In this document: piece after piece, positions 37,188-46,171 of the stretch
Position numbering within the stretch: the stretch's first letter is position 1
Layout: each line of letters opens with the position of its first letter
Source of the DNA: Clostridium sp. CAG:245
GTDB lineage: Bacteria; Bacillota; Clostridia; TANB77; CAG-508
Assembly: GCA_000435175.1 (NCBI GenBank)
Contig: FR880072.1
Location: 19,114 to 82,336 of the forward strand
Direction of reading: 5' to 3'
DNA: 63,223 bases
Notes under the pieces: generated by a model
Seen by the model: only the letters and a program-made list of their open reading frames with translations
Database searches by the model: none
What the model was told of the DNA's origin: nothing
Position numbers and translations under genes: made by a program

Positions 37188-37901
37188 ATGAAATTTATAA
37201 GAAGACTTTTATTATTTTTATTAATCATAATTGTCATTGTGTGCAGTGTATTCTATATGAATGGAAAAAAGTTGTATGACTCAAAACTATCATCAATAAG
37301 TCTTGAAGATAAAATTTCATCTATAAAATCAGATGAAAGCTACGTATCTTTAAAAGATTTACCAGACTATTACAAAAATGCAGTAATTGCAGTTGAAGAT
37401 CACAGATATTACAATCATGGAGCAATCGATCCAATTGCTCTAGCTCGTGCAATAGTCAGTAACATAAAACAGAAAGAATTTAAAGAAGGTGGTAGCACAA
37501 TTACTCAGCAAACAGCAAAAAACTTATACTTCATATCTGAAGATGATGTTGTAAGCCGTAAAGTTGCTGAAGGAATTCTAAGTTTCAAGCTCGAAAAAGA
37601 TTACTCGAAAGACGACATCTTAGAACTATATGTAAACACAATATACTTTGGGAATGGATATTATGGGATAAAAGAAGCCTGCAAAGGCTACCTAAAAAAA
37701 GAGCCAAAAGATATGACTCTTTATGATGCCACAATGCTTGCCGGAATTCCAAATGCACCAAGTGTGTATGCGCCAACAGTAAATTTTAATTTAACTCAGA
37801 GCAGACAGCGTAAGGTTGTTTCATCAATGCTAGAATATAAATATTTATCTCAAGAGCAAGCAGATAAATTAAATAAAGAAATTACAAATGCCAAATGGTA
37901 A
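37188..37901 (+). CDS. Monofunctional peptidoglycan glycosyltransferase (GT51)
   Basis: N-terminal TM helix, then EDHRYYNHGAIDP, GGSTITQQTAKNL and KDDILELYVNTIYFG motifs. Confidence 0.85.
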   Translation: MKFIRRLLLFLLIIIVIVCSVFYMNGKKLYDSKLSSISLEDKISSIKSDESYVSLKDLPDYYKNAVIAVEDHRYYNHGAIDPIALARAIVSNIKQKEFKEGGSTITQQTAKNLYFISEDDVVSRKVAEGILSFKLEKDYSKDDILELYVNTIYFGNGYYGIKEACKGYLKKEPKDMTLYDATMLAGIPNAPSVYAPTVNFNLTQSRQRKVVSSMLEYKYLSQEQADKLNKEITNAKW

Positions 37902-38110
37902 TGTACAAACTGGTACAAATTAGTAACTGAGAGCAAACTGTACAATTCATTACAAAATGTCATGAATCAGAATAACAGCTGTGTATGAAGAAAGAATTAT
38001 GCAATCTGTTACAAAAACATGTTAAAACATAATATAAAATATAGACAAAAAAATGCGTATGATTTTCAAAAGACGAATTCTTAATTTTAAAATAAGAGTT
38101 CGCCTTTTAT

Positions 38111-38506
38111 CTATTTTTTTATCAAATCCTCTAAAGTTTTACTATCCACATAATTTTCAATTGCATTATCTAGCCCTTGCCAGAAAGAATATGTTAAACA
38201 ACTATCTTGCTTATGGCATCCTTCCTGAACACATGTTGTTGGGGCTAAATCCCCTTCCGCAGTTCTCAAAATATCCCCAACTTTATATTCATCTGGTTTT
38301 CTAGCAAGCTTGTATCCTCCGGCATTTCCTCTAGAACTTTTCACATAACCTGCCTTATTCAATATTGCAATTATTTTTTCTAAATATTTTATTGAAATCT
38401 CTTGTCTTGTTGCAATATCTTTTAATGCTATATATTCTTTTGGATTATTCATGGCCAAATCCAGCATTATTGCTAATGCATATCTACCTTTTGTTGAAAT
38501 TTTCAT
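38111..38506 (-). CDS. Rrf2 family transcriptional regulator
   Basis: Begins MKISTKGRYALAIMLDLAMN, has a winged-helix region, and carries Cys residues at CVQEGCHKQDSC, which could be cluster ligands. Confidence 0.88.
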   Translation of the reverse strand: MKISTKGRYALAIMLDLAMNNPKEYIALKDIATRQEISIKYLEKIIAILNKAGYVKSSRGNAGGYKLARKPDEYKVGDILRTAEGDLAPTTCVQEGCHKQDSCLTYSFWQGLDNAIENYVDSKTLEDLIKK

Positions 38507-38523
38507 TATATTTTTCTATATGA

Positions 38524-38537
38524 TACTAAAGTTAGTA
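38524..38537. promoter_or_regulatory. Perfect palindrome upstream of the Rrf2 gene (candidate operator)
   Basis: TACTAA-AG-TTAGTA lies 18-31 nt upstream of the start codon. Confidence 0.35.
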
Positions 38538-38567
38538 CCATACACTCCTTTCCAGTTTTTATATTAA

Positions 38568-38604
38568 TTACAAACGGGGGATATGTTTTATATACTTCCC
38601 CCGT
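38568..38604 (-). terminator. Intrinsic terminator of the kinase-like gene
   Basis: ACGGGGGA/TCCCCCGT forms an 8-bp GC-rich stem, followed by TTTGTAA in the transcript. Confidence 0.65.
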
Positions 38605-38624
38605 CATATTTTGTCAAATTGTAT

Positions 38625-39242
38625 TTACTCCTCTTCTTTGCTTGCACTGTTTTCTTTGAATTTTGCATAACTTTCCTCAATTGCCCCCAGCAACCAGTCA
38701 TGCACCTCCACAGGAGTCTTGCTTTCAGTATTTAACAGCACCTTATCAATTTCCACGCTTTTTAAAAAGTTGCCAATGATTTCTCTGTTGAACTCATCAA
38801 TAAACTTTCTGTTTACAACGTGACCTTCTCCGCCTCGTCTTCTAATGCTTTCTTCGGTCGGAATAGTAAGTGCTACAATGAAATCAGTCTTAACTCCAAT
38901 AGCTTCAAAGAAATTTTCAACACATTTGCTTTTTTCTTCGGAAAATTCACCACGTTTAGCATACAAATAGTTCCACGAGAGAGAATCCACAATGCCACGG
39001 TCCACCAAAACAATATCTCTGACATTATTAATTTCTTCATAAAGTTTCTGTGCTGTCTTCAAGGTCATCCAGATGTTACCTTTGGAACTACCTGTTTTAA
39101 ACATATCAGGTACAATCTCCGCCGATTCTCTAACTAGCCCAACTTTATAGCCTTTTTCCTCCAAGCTTCTTCTCAGCATTTTCACGCTGGTAGTCTTACC
39201 AGCTTCAGGTGTACCAACAAATTCAACAATGAACGGCCGCAT
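38625..39242 (-). CDS. P-loop nucleotide kinase-like protein (thymidylate-kinase-like fold), compositionally foreign
   Basis: 205 aa. It has a P-loop (FVGTPEAGKTTS), then VGLVRESAEIV, a DR motif (VLVDRGIVDSLSWNY) and a basic lid (RRRGGEG), in the order seen in dTMP/dNMP kinases. Line 38701-38760 is 26/60 G+C. Confidence 0.5.
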   Translation of the reverse strand: MRPFIVEFVGTPEAGKTTSVKMLRRSLEEKGYKVGLVRESAEIVPDMFKTGSSKGNIWMTLKTAQKLYEEINNVRDIVLVDRGIVDSLSWNYLYAKRGEFSEEKSKCVENFFEAIGVKTDFIVALTIPTEESIRRRGGEGHVVNRKFIDEFNREIIGNFLKSVEIDKVLLNTESKTPVEVHDWLLGAIEESYAKFKENSASKEEE

Positions 39243-39432
39243 AGTTATGCAACTCCTTCCTCATTACAAATGAATTACGTACTCTGTATGTAGTTTATCA
39301 TCTTTTTTAAAAAAAGTAAATAGTATATGCTTATCATCCTTACATTTGCATTATACTTCTTTTCAATTTTTAGTTATTAATATATGTATCAAAAAATAAT
39401 TTCAGTAATTTTAGGTTTTTTCAAAAAATGTA

Positions 39433-39461
39433 TTGACATCTATTCAAAAATATTGTATACT
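39433..39461 (+). promoter_or_regulatory. Promoter of the tRNA pair
   Basis: TTGACA (39433-39438), a 17-nt spacer, then TATACT (39456-39461), about 20 nt before the first tRNA. Confidence 0.65.
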
Positions 39462-39480
39462 TCTAAGTGCGTTAAGAAAT

Positions 39481-39557
39481 GCACCCTTAGCTCAGTTGGT
39501 CAGAGCAACCGGCTCATAACCGGTCGGTCCAAGGTTCGAATCCTTGAGGGTGCACCA
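39481..39557 (+). tRNA. tRNA with a CAU anticodon (elongator Met or lysidine-dependent Ile2; not an initiator)
   Basis: The acceptor stem is GCACCCT/AGGGTGC, with a D arm AGCTCAGTTGGTCAGAGC and a T arm GGTTCGAATCC. The anticodon loop is CTCATAA and CCA is encoded. The anticodon stem lacks the 3 G-C pairs typical of initiators. By memory it resembles Bacillus tRNA-Ile2. Confidence 0.85.
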
Positions 39558-39582
39558 TTTATTATTTTTTAAATGGCTAAAT

Positions 39583-39668
39583 GGGCAGATGGCCGAGTGG
39601 CTAAAGGCGGCAGACTGTAAATCTGTTCTCGTAAGGGTACGATGGTTCGAATCCATCTCTGCCCACCA
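39583..39668 (+). tRNA. tRNA-Tyr (GUA), class II with a long variable arm
   Basis: The acceptor stem is GGGCAGA/TCTGCCC, with anticodon loop ACTGTAAAT, a variable arm TCTCGTAAGGGTAC and a T arm GGTTCGAATCC. CCA is encoded. Confidence 0.9.
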
Positions 39669-39940
39669 AGAATTAAGTAGTATTCTGAAAAGAATATTAC
39701 TTTTTTTGTTTCTCATAAAAAAAATGGATTCGAAAAGGAGGATCAGAAAAGCGTCCGGTGGACGGTTTTCCCGACGCGGCTTGACGAATCCATTTCTGCC
39801 CACCAAAAATTAAGTAGTATTCTGAAAAGAATATTACTTTTTTTGTTTCTCATAAAAAAAATGGATTCGAAAAGGAGGATCAGAAAAGCGTCCTGTGGAC
39901 GTTTTTCCCGACGTGGCTTGTCGAATCCATCTCTGCCCAC
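39669..39940 (+). repeat. Two tandem 137-nt units, each ending in a copy of the tRNA-Tyr 3' end
   Basis: cgaatccatNtctgcccac(ca) occurs at 39648-39668 (the real tRNA), 39785-39805 and 39922-39940, with a period of exactly 137 nt. Each unit also carries the hairpin AGTAGTATTCTGAAAAGAATATTACT plus a T-run. Confidence 0.85.
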
Positions 39941-39981
39941 AAAAAAACAGCATCTTGAAATATAGATACTGTTTTTATTTC

Positions 39982-40617
39982 TTATTTCATAATTTCTTTT
40001 ATAAATTCTTTTATTTCTCCCTCTTCTGCATTTTCAAAGAAATATTTTTTAAATTGTTCTCTATTTATTGTTTGTAGTAAAAATTCTCTATCAATCTCTT
40101 TTAAAATTGTAAGCATATCTTTATGCGTAATTTTTTTTACTTCATCTAATAGCTTTTTATTAGCCTGCTCTGGTACAACTCTTTCTTTGGGATATCCACC
40201 ACCAGCTGGTGCCTCAAATAATTTTTCAAATATATATCTTAATGTCAATTCTGAACCCCAACCGAAGCCTTTAGCATACCCTAATGCTACCGCATTTCCA
40301 GCATTTATTTGACTAAATAAATACGCATCTGTTGGATCCTCTATGTGACCACATAAAACATTTGGAAAGCTATTTAAAGCAAGACAAGCTCCTTCTCCTG
40401 TGCCACAACCAGTCACAACAAAGTCTACAGCCTTAGAATTTATTAATATTGCTGCTAGTAACCCAGCTTGTACATATGTTAAATTATTTTCTTCTGCACT
40501 TTCCATTCCATAATTATATACTGTATCACCATGTATGTTTGCAACATTCTTTAATTCTTTATAAATTATTGTATTTTTGCTTGCCTGACTATTTTCATTT
40601 ATTAATGCAATTTTCAT
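39982..40617 (-). CDS. RpiB/LacA/LacB family sugar-phosphate isomerase with a C-terminal extension
   Basis: Begins MKIALINENSQ and contains VVTGCGTGEGACLALNSFPNVLCGH. About 60 aa follow the usual domain end. Confidence 0.7.
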   Translation of the reverse strand: MKIALINENSQASKNTIIYKELKNVANIHGDTVYNYGMESAEENNLTYVQAGLLAAILINSKAVDFVVTGCGTGEGACLALNSFPNVLCGHIEDPTDAYLFSQINAGNAVALGYAKGFGWGSELTLRYIFEKLFEAPAGGGYPKERVVPEQANKKLLDEVKKITHKDMLTILKEIDREFLLQTINREQFKKYFFENAEEGEIKEFIKEIMK

Positions 40618-40791
40618 ATCAGCTAATCTTCCTTTCTTTTCTTAAATTGCTCGTATACAATTTTCTTGATTATATCCATTTTTTTCACAATAATTTAAAA
40701 AGAAAGCATATGTAATTTATATGCCTTCTTTATGCCTTTGTATTTTGCAAATTTTTTTATCATTAGTTATAATATTTATTTAAATAAAATA

Positions 40792-41664
40792 TTATCTTCT
40801 GTCTTCATCAGCACTTGGTAATGCTGGTATATCTAATACAACTTTTATCTTCATTATATATTTAATTGTTCTTACAAATTTGCTTTGTTTAAATCTTTGC
40901 CATAATGAAGGTTTTACTTCCACTCTTGTTGACTCATAATATTGTGTATCTTGTTCAACTGGCTGTGCCTGTTGTAAAATTTGTGCCTTTGGTTGTTCAA
41001 CTGTTTCTATTTTTTCTTCTACAACTTCTTCAACATCTTCTTGTGGTGCTGGTATTAATTTTAATGCATCTGCAACTTCTATGCCTATGTAGCTAAGAGC
41101 TTTTGACTTATCTTCAATTCTTTCCATGTCTATTTCGATATGTAAGTTTGATTCTAGGTTTGCAATTCTCGCATTTATTAATTTTAATGCATCTTGATAA
41201 TTTTGTGATTTGTCTGATTTTGATCTTCCAATTACACCTAATGTATCTAGTATATCTTCTGTGAAATCATCTGACATTTCTTTTATAGATTCTTTCCAGC
41301 CATCTTCTTTATTTACAACCATGTTTAAAACATCCTTTAGTTCACCTGATAAAGCGATGTTCTTCTCTCTTTGTCTTATTAACTCTTCTATTTGCTTTGT
41401 ATTTTCTTCAAATTCATTTGTAGCAAATTCTACAAGTCCATAAGCAGCTTTATACACACTCTTTGGGAAGTTTTTCTTTTTTGGATATTCAATTAAATAT
41501 GTTTTTATAGATTCTACTAGATCTTTAAAGAAAGCGTCATCTTCTAATTGAACGATTTGCTTTTTGCTATTTGGATCTATCAATCTTTGAACTTTCGCTA
41601 TGTTTGATAATATTTTTTCCTCAGTTATTACCATTCTTACATTTACTATGCCAGATCTAGACAT
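40792..41664 (-). CDS. Hypothetical protein
   Basis: 290 aa from ATG 41664, behind GAGGAGGA. It has an acidic/Gln-rich linker and a basic C-terminus. No motif recognised. Confidence 0.55.
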   Translation of the reverse strand: MSRSGIVNVRMVITEEKILSNIAKVQRLIDPNSKKQIVQLEDDAFFKDLVESIKTYLIEYPKKKNFPKSVYKAAYGLVEFATNEFEENTKQIEELIRQREKNIALSGELKDVLNMVVNKEDGWKESIKEMSDDFTEDILDTLGVIGRSKSDKSQNYQDALKLINARIANLESNLHIEIDMERIEDKSKALSYIGIEVADALKLIPAPQEDVEEVVEEKIETVEQPKAQILQQAQPVEQDTQYYESTRVEVKPSLWQRFKQSKFVRTIKYIMKIKVVLDIPALPSADEDRR

Positions 41665-41861
41665 TGTAAAATTCCTCCTCTTCATATGTATCACTATAAT
41701 ATAAAATAATTATATATTATTCAACAAAAAATTACAATAGTTACTGGTCGTTTTTGTATTACACTTTTCTAACAGTTTTATTACAAAAATATTACAGTAA
41801 CTATTTTTGTTAATTACTGCAATATTTCTGCCTTTCTTATTACGATTTTAGTATATATGGC

Positions 41862-43730
41862 CTATTTTATAGCCTTATCTTTATTTATTTCTGCGAATCT
41901 TTTTATTTTCATTGTTGTTGTTTTTTCAAATTCATCTTTCTTTATTTCAATTTTCTTTACGGCCTTATAAGATGTAAGCTTTTTATTGTTTTCTTTTACC
42001 TTATCCCAAATTATTTTATAAATTTCATCATCTGATAAATTCTTTCCGTGTAGCTCTTCTATTTTAGTATAGTTTGGTATAATTTTAGCTGTTATTATTA
42101 ATTCTTTGTCATGAGCATCTTCTGATTCTTTCTTTCCATATACCATACATTCAGATATTTCTGGAATTTCGCCAAGCATTAGTTCTATTTCTTCTGGATA
42201 AATATTTTTTCCATTTTGTGTTACTATTACATTCTTACTTCTACCAGTAATGTAAATAAATCCATCTGAGTCTATTCTTCCAATATCCCCAGTGCAGAAA
42301 TATCCATCTTCCATAACTTCATTTGTTGCTTCTTCATCTTCATAATACCCCAGCATTACAGTTGGTCCTTTGATAAGAATTTCTCCCTCTCCAGCATCAT
42401 TTACATTTTTTAGTTTAATGTCTGTATCCTTTACGGCCATACCAGTTGAAGCATATCTAGATGGTTCATATTCTGGTGTTAGCGCTGCAATAGGAGCTGT
42501 TTCTGTAAGTCCATATCCTTGTAAGAATTTTATTCCTATATCTTCTACCCATTTGCCAACTTTTGCATCGATTGGAGCAGCTGCAGAAACTATTATTCTA
42601 AGATTTCCACCTAAGTTATCTAATATTTCTTTAAAAACTTTTCTCTTTATATCTATATTTACATTTTTCAAAAGATTTGTAATATGTATCATAGAATTTA
42701 CCATTCCATCTTTTTTGCTTTTCTTAATTGTTTCATTTATTTTCTTGTATAGACTCTCTATTAGTAATGGAACAGCGAGCATTGCTGTTGGTTTCGATTC
42801 TTGCAAGTTTGGCACAATATATCTTAGTCCTTCACATACAGCAACAGAACATCCACATGCAAATGGAAGTAAGAAACCTATTGTTGATTCATATGTATGA
42901 TGTAATGGAAGTACTGAGAATAGTCTATCTGAAGTATATAATCTTACATATTCTGAAACTGCATTTATATTAGCTGCCAAATTTCTATTGCAAATCATTA
43001 CTCCCTTAGATTTAGAAGTTGTTCCTGAAGTGAATATTAACATTTTAAATTCTTCTGGATCAATTTCTATATCCAAATATGATGTATCTCCACTATCAAA
43101 TATTTCCTTTCCTTCTTGTATTAGATAATTGAATCCCATGTGTTTATCCATTATATGTTCATCAGAATCCATTTTAATAAAATATTTTACAGTTGGAACA
43201 TTATTCTCTATCTTTTTTATTGCATCCTCTTTTTTAGCCGAATAAATTACAGCAGTTGCATTTGCTCTATTAATTACATTCTCAAGTTCATTTTCTGGAA
43301 GTTCCTTATCAACAGGAACAACTATTCCAGCACCACAAAGTAACGTCATATAAGATACATACCAATCATATGTTGTTTCACTAACAATTACTACTCTTGA
43401 ATTCTTTGGTAGCATTTTTATAAGTTTAGAGCCCAAGTCTACTACGTCCTCACCAAACTTTTTATATGTGTATTCTTTGTATGGTTCTTTATGATTTGGT
43501 TTTTGCAATATTAATGTTTCATCTGCGTAATTTTTCATAGAATGTATAAATATTTCTTTTACAGTCTTATAATCTGTTGCTGGATATGGTTGATGCTTTT
43601 TGTTTTTCTTTTCTTGAGCTTCCATAACTTTCGAATAATCTACTTTTACATCTTCAACATTTGGTATATCATTCATTTCAATCTTTTTAAATTTAAAATC
43701 TGGTATTTTAAAATCTTTTAATATTCTCAT
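41862..43730 (-). CDS. Long-chain fatty acid--CoA ligase (AMP-binding family)
   Basis: 622 aa containing the AMP-binding motif IFTSGTTSKSKGVM, plus GYGLTET and TGDIGRIDSDGFIYITGRSK. Confidence 0.85.
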   Translation of the reverse strand: MRILKDFKIPDFKFKKIEMNDIPNVEDVKVDYSKVMEAQEKKNKKHQPYPATDYKTVKEIFIHSMKNYADETLILQKPNHKEPYKEYTYKKFGEDVVDLGSKLIKMLPKNSRVVIVSETTYDWYVSYMTLLCGAGIVVPVDKELPENELENVINRANATAVIYSAKKEDAIKKIENNVPTVKYFIKMDSDEHIMDKHMGFNYLIQEGKEIFDSGDTSYLDIEIDPEEFKMLIFTSGTTSKSKGVMICNRNLAANINAVSEYVRLYTSDRLFSVLPLHHTYESTIGFLLPFACGCSVAVCEGLRYIVPNLQESKPTAMLAVPLLIESLYKKINETIKKSKKDGMVNSMIHITNLLKNVNIDIKRKVFKEILDNLGGNLRIIVSAAAPIDAKVGKWVEDIGIKFLQGYGLTETAPIAALTPEYEPSRYASTGMAVKDTDIKLKNVNDAGEGEILIKGPTVMLGYYEDEEATNEVMEDGYFCTGDIGRIDSDGFIYITGRSKNVIVTQNGKNIYPEEIELMLGEIPEISECMVYGKKESEDAHDKELIITAKIIPNYTKIEELHGKNLSDDEIYKIIWDKVKENNKKLTSYKAVKKIEIKKDEFEKTTTMKIKRFAEINKDKAIK

Positions 43731-43785
43731 TTTCTTCGTCAGCAGTCTTTAAACCACTGCACTCCTTTCCCAATTCTAATACTAA

Positions 43786-44352
43786 TTATCTCTTTAATTT
43801 TCGTATAAATGTTTTTTCTATTTCTGAATATAATTCTTGTACATTTATTTCTTTATCTGTTCTCATTTTGTAAATCAAACTCGAACAAGTAAACCCGAAT
43901 ATACCAGAGGCTATAACATTTTTATCACCGTCAATTATTTCTTTTTTGTTTATTCCATTTTCAACAATTTTTTCTATCATTTGTATATATTCGAATACAT
44001 ATTTTTTGCATAAAATACTTCTTGGTCCATTACCCCATATTTCACTCAAAACTATGGTCATGAAATCTTCATATTTTACTAGTACCTTTATTTCTATTAA
44101 CACAACAGCTTTGATTTTATCTATTGAGCTTTCCAATTTTTCAGTTTTAATTTCAACACTGTTTTTTAATAGTTTCACTCCCTCTTCAATTAAAAATTGA
44201 AAGATTTCTTCTTTGCTTGAAAAGTGATAATACAGTGTTCCTTTTGCCACTCCAACATTTGCAGTTATTTCTTCTATGCTAGTTGCATCATATCCTTTTT
44301 CTGCAAATAGTTTCATCGATGTCTCGAATATTTTTCTTTTTGTTTTATTCAT
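43786..44352 (-). CDS. TetR/AcrR family transcriptional regulator
   Basis: The N-terminal HTH reads KRKIFETSMKLFAEKGYDATSIEEITANVGVAKGTLYYHF. Confidence 0.88.
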   Translation of the reverse strand: MNKTKRKIFETSMKLFAEKGYDATSIEEITANVGVAKGTLYYHFSSKEEIFQFLIEEGVKLLKNSVEIKTEKLESSIDKIKAVVLIEIKVLVKYEDFMTIVLSEIWGNGPRSILCKKYVFEYIQMIEKIVENGINKKEIIDGDKNVIASGIFGFTCSSLIYKMRTDKEINVQELYSEIEKTFIRKLKR

Positions 44353-44438
44353 TTATTTCACCTTTAAAAAATTCAATATATTCAAAATTATACTATATTT
44401 TTAGTATTACATGCAATATTTTCGAACATATAGTCAGT

Positions 44439-45449
44439 TTATTTTTTTAATCTCTTCTTACCATCTAGAACGTCTAAATTATCTAACGCCTTGCCAGTTC
44501 CTAGTGCTACACACGAAACAGAATCTTGTGCTACCATTACATTTATCCCAGTTCTCTCTTGCAATAATTTATCTAGTCCATCTATAAGGCATCCTCCGCC
44601 AGTCATGTATATTCCTCTATCACTTATATCTGCAGATAATTCTGGTGGTGTTTTTTCTAATATTGAATGAACAGCTTCCACAATTTGCTCTGCACATTCG
44701 GTTAGCGCCTCAAGCATTTCACTTGAATATACTGTAACTGTTTTTGGTAAGCCAGTTATTAAATCTCTTCCCCTAATTTCCATTTCTGCATCCTGTATTT
44801 TGGGATATACACATCCTATGTTTATTTTTAAATCTTCTGCCGTTCTTTCGCCTATCATGATATTATGCTTCTTTTTTACATATTTGACTATCGACTCATC
44901 GAATTTATCTCCAGCAACTCTGATTGATGTGCTTATAACCGTTCCACCTAAAGAGATAATTGCAATATCAGTTGTTCCTCCACCAATATCTACTACCATA
45001 TTACCGCACGGCTTTGATATATCTAAGCCTGCTCCTATTGCTGCTGCAAGTGGTTCTTCAATTAGATATACTTTTCTTGCTCCGGCTTGTGATGCTGCAT
45101 CAATAACCGCTCTTTTCTCAACTTCTGTAACTCTTGATGGTACACAAATCATTATTCTTGGTGCAAAAATATACTTTCCACATATTTTATTTATAAAATA
45201 CTTTAACATTTTTTCTGTAACTGTGTAATCTGATATAACTCCATCTCTTAATGGTCTTGTTGCAATTATGTTCCCCGGTGTTCTTCCTAACATTCTTCTT
45301 GCTTCTTTTCCAACAGCAAGTACATCACCTGTATCTTTGTCTACAGCAACCACTGATGGTTCTCTTAAAACTATACCTTTTCCTTTAACGTATGCAATAA
45401 CTGTGGCTGTTCCTAAATCTATGCCTATATCTTGTCCAAATTCTAACAT
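44439..45449 (-). CDS. mreB: Rod shape-determining protein MreB/Mbl
   Basis: Contains IGIDLGTATVIAYVKGKGIVLREPSVVA, VDIGGGTTD and MTGGG actin-fold motifs. Confidence 0.92.
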   Translation of the reverse strand: MLEFGQDIGIDLGTATVIAYVKGKGIVLREPSVVAVDKDTGDVLAVGKEARRMLGRTPGNIIATRPLRDGVISDYTVTEKMLKYFINKICGKYIFAPRIMICVPSRVTEVEKRAVIDAASQAGARKVYLIEEPLAAAIGAGLDISKPCGNMVVDIGGGTTDIAIISLGGTVISTSIRVAGDKFDESIVKYVKKKHNIMIGERTAEDLKINIGCVYPKIQDAEMEIRGRDLITGLPKTVTVYSSEMLEALTECAEQIVEAVHSILEKTPPELSADISDRGIYMTGGGCLIDGLDKLLQERTGINVMVAQDSVSCVALGTGKALDNLDVLDGKKRLKK

Positions 45450-45622
45450 CAGTATCTTCCTTTCAATTCTGATTATTGCTAAACTGTTACAATTATATTA
45501 CACATTTTAGTAAATTTCAAACCTTTTACTGCATTTTATATAAATACTTATAAAAAATAAAATAAAAGTCAGGTTAACTTTATTTCCAGTTTTTTCTGCT
45601 TTTATTTTTCCGTTTATTATTG

Positions 45623-46126
45623 TTATAAAATTACATATTTTAATAATATTATTGCTGATAAAAATATTGATATATTTTTTATTTCTTCATTTTCTGCATC
45701 TGATAAATTAATTAGTTGAGCATTAGATTTTTCTTGTATATATTCGTCTACTATGCTCATATTGAATGATTTTATATTTTCTGCCTCAAAGTTTATGGTA
45801 AAGTTTTTTGTTTCTTTTGCTTTCAATTCGTCTATATCAAGATATTTTGTCAAAATCACATTACCTTTCTTAGACAAGAAATTAATCTTAACATATTTCG
45901 AATGTATATCTGAATCACTATTATTGGTTAATTTTCCTTTTACATATCCATTAACAAATGTTGATTTTGCTTCGTCAACTTCAATCTGTATTTCATCGCT
46001 CGAATAAACATTCTGTTCCATTGTCTCGTATGTACCTTTTATAAAGCCAATTGATACAACTGTTACAAAAATATAAAATGCCACAAACATTAAAAGATAT
46101 TTTCCAAATGTTTTTAATCTACTCAT
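45623..46126 (-). CDS. Hypothetical membrane protein (TM helices at both termini)
   Basis: 167 aa, with FGKYLLMFVAFYIFVTVVSIGFI near the N-terminus and ISIFLSAIILLKYVIL at the C-terminus. Confidence 0.55.
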   Translation of the reverse strand: MSRLKTFGKYLLMFVAFYIFVTVVSIGFIKGTYETMEQNVYSSDEIQIEVDEAKSTFVNGYVKGKLTNNSDSDIHSKYVKINFLSKKGNVILTKYLDIDELKAKETKNFTINFEAENIKSFNMSIVDEYIQEKSNAQLINLSDAENEEIKNISIFLSAIILLKYVIL

Positions 46127-46171
46127 AATTTATTACCCCAACTATAACCTTAAATATCTTTGTCTATTGTT

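Noticed and set aside
37903-38030. Cluster of GTACAA/TTACAAA-like words in the spacer between the glycosyltransferase and Rrf2 genes
   Set aside because: The word is short and degenerate, spaced irregularly in AT-rich DNA between convergent genes. I cannot distinguish it from chance without genome-wide statistics.
39492-39940. Minus-strand ORFs (104 aa and 65 aa) and a plus-strand 89-aa ORF across the tRNA/repeat region
   Set aside because: They read through two canonical tRNA genes and the 137-nt tandem units. The near-identical peptide segments simply reflect the DNA repeat.
39669-39940. Possible CRISPR array or extra tRNA genes in the tandem repeat
   Set aside because: There are only two units, each 137 nt, directly abutting with no unique spacers, and no cas genes are present. 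The units share only the last ~20 nt with tRNA-Tyr and cannot be folded into a cloverleaf, as they have no D or anticodon arm.
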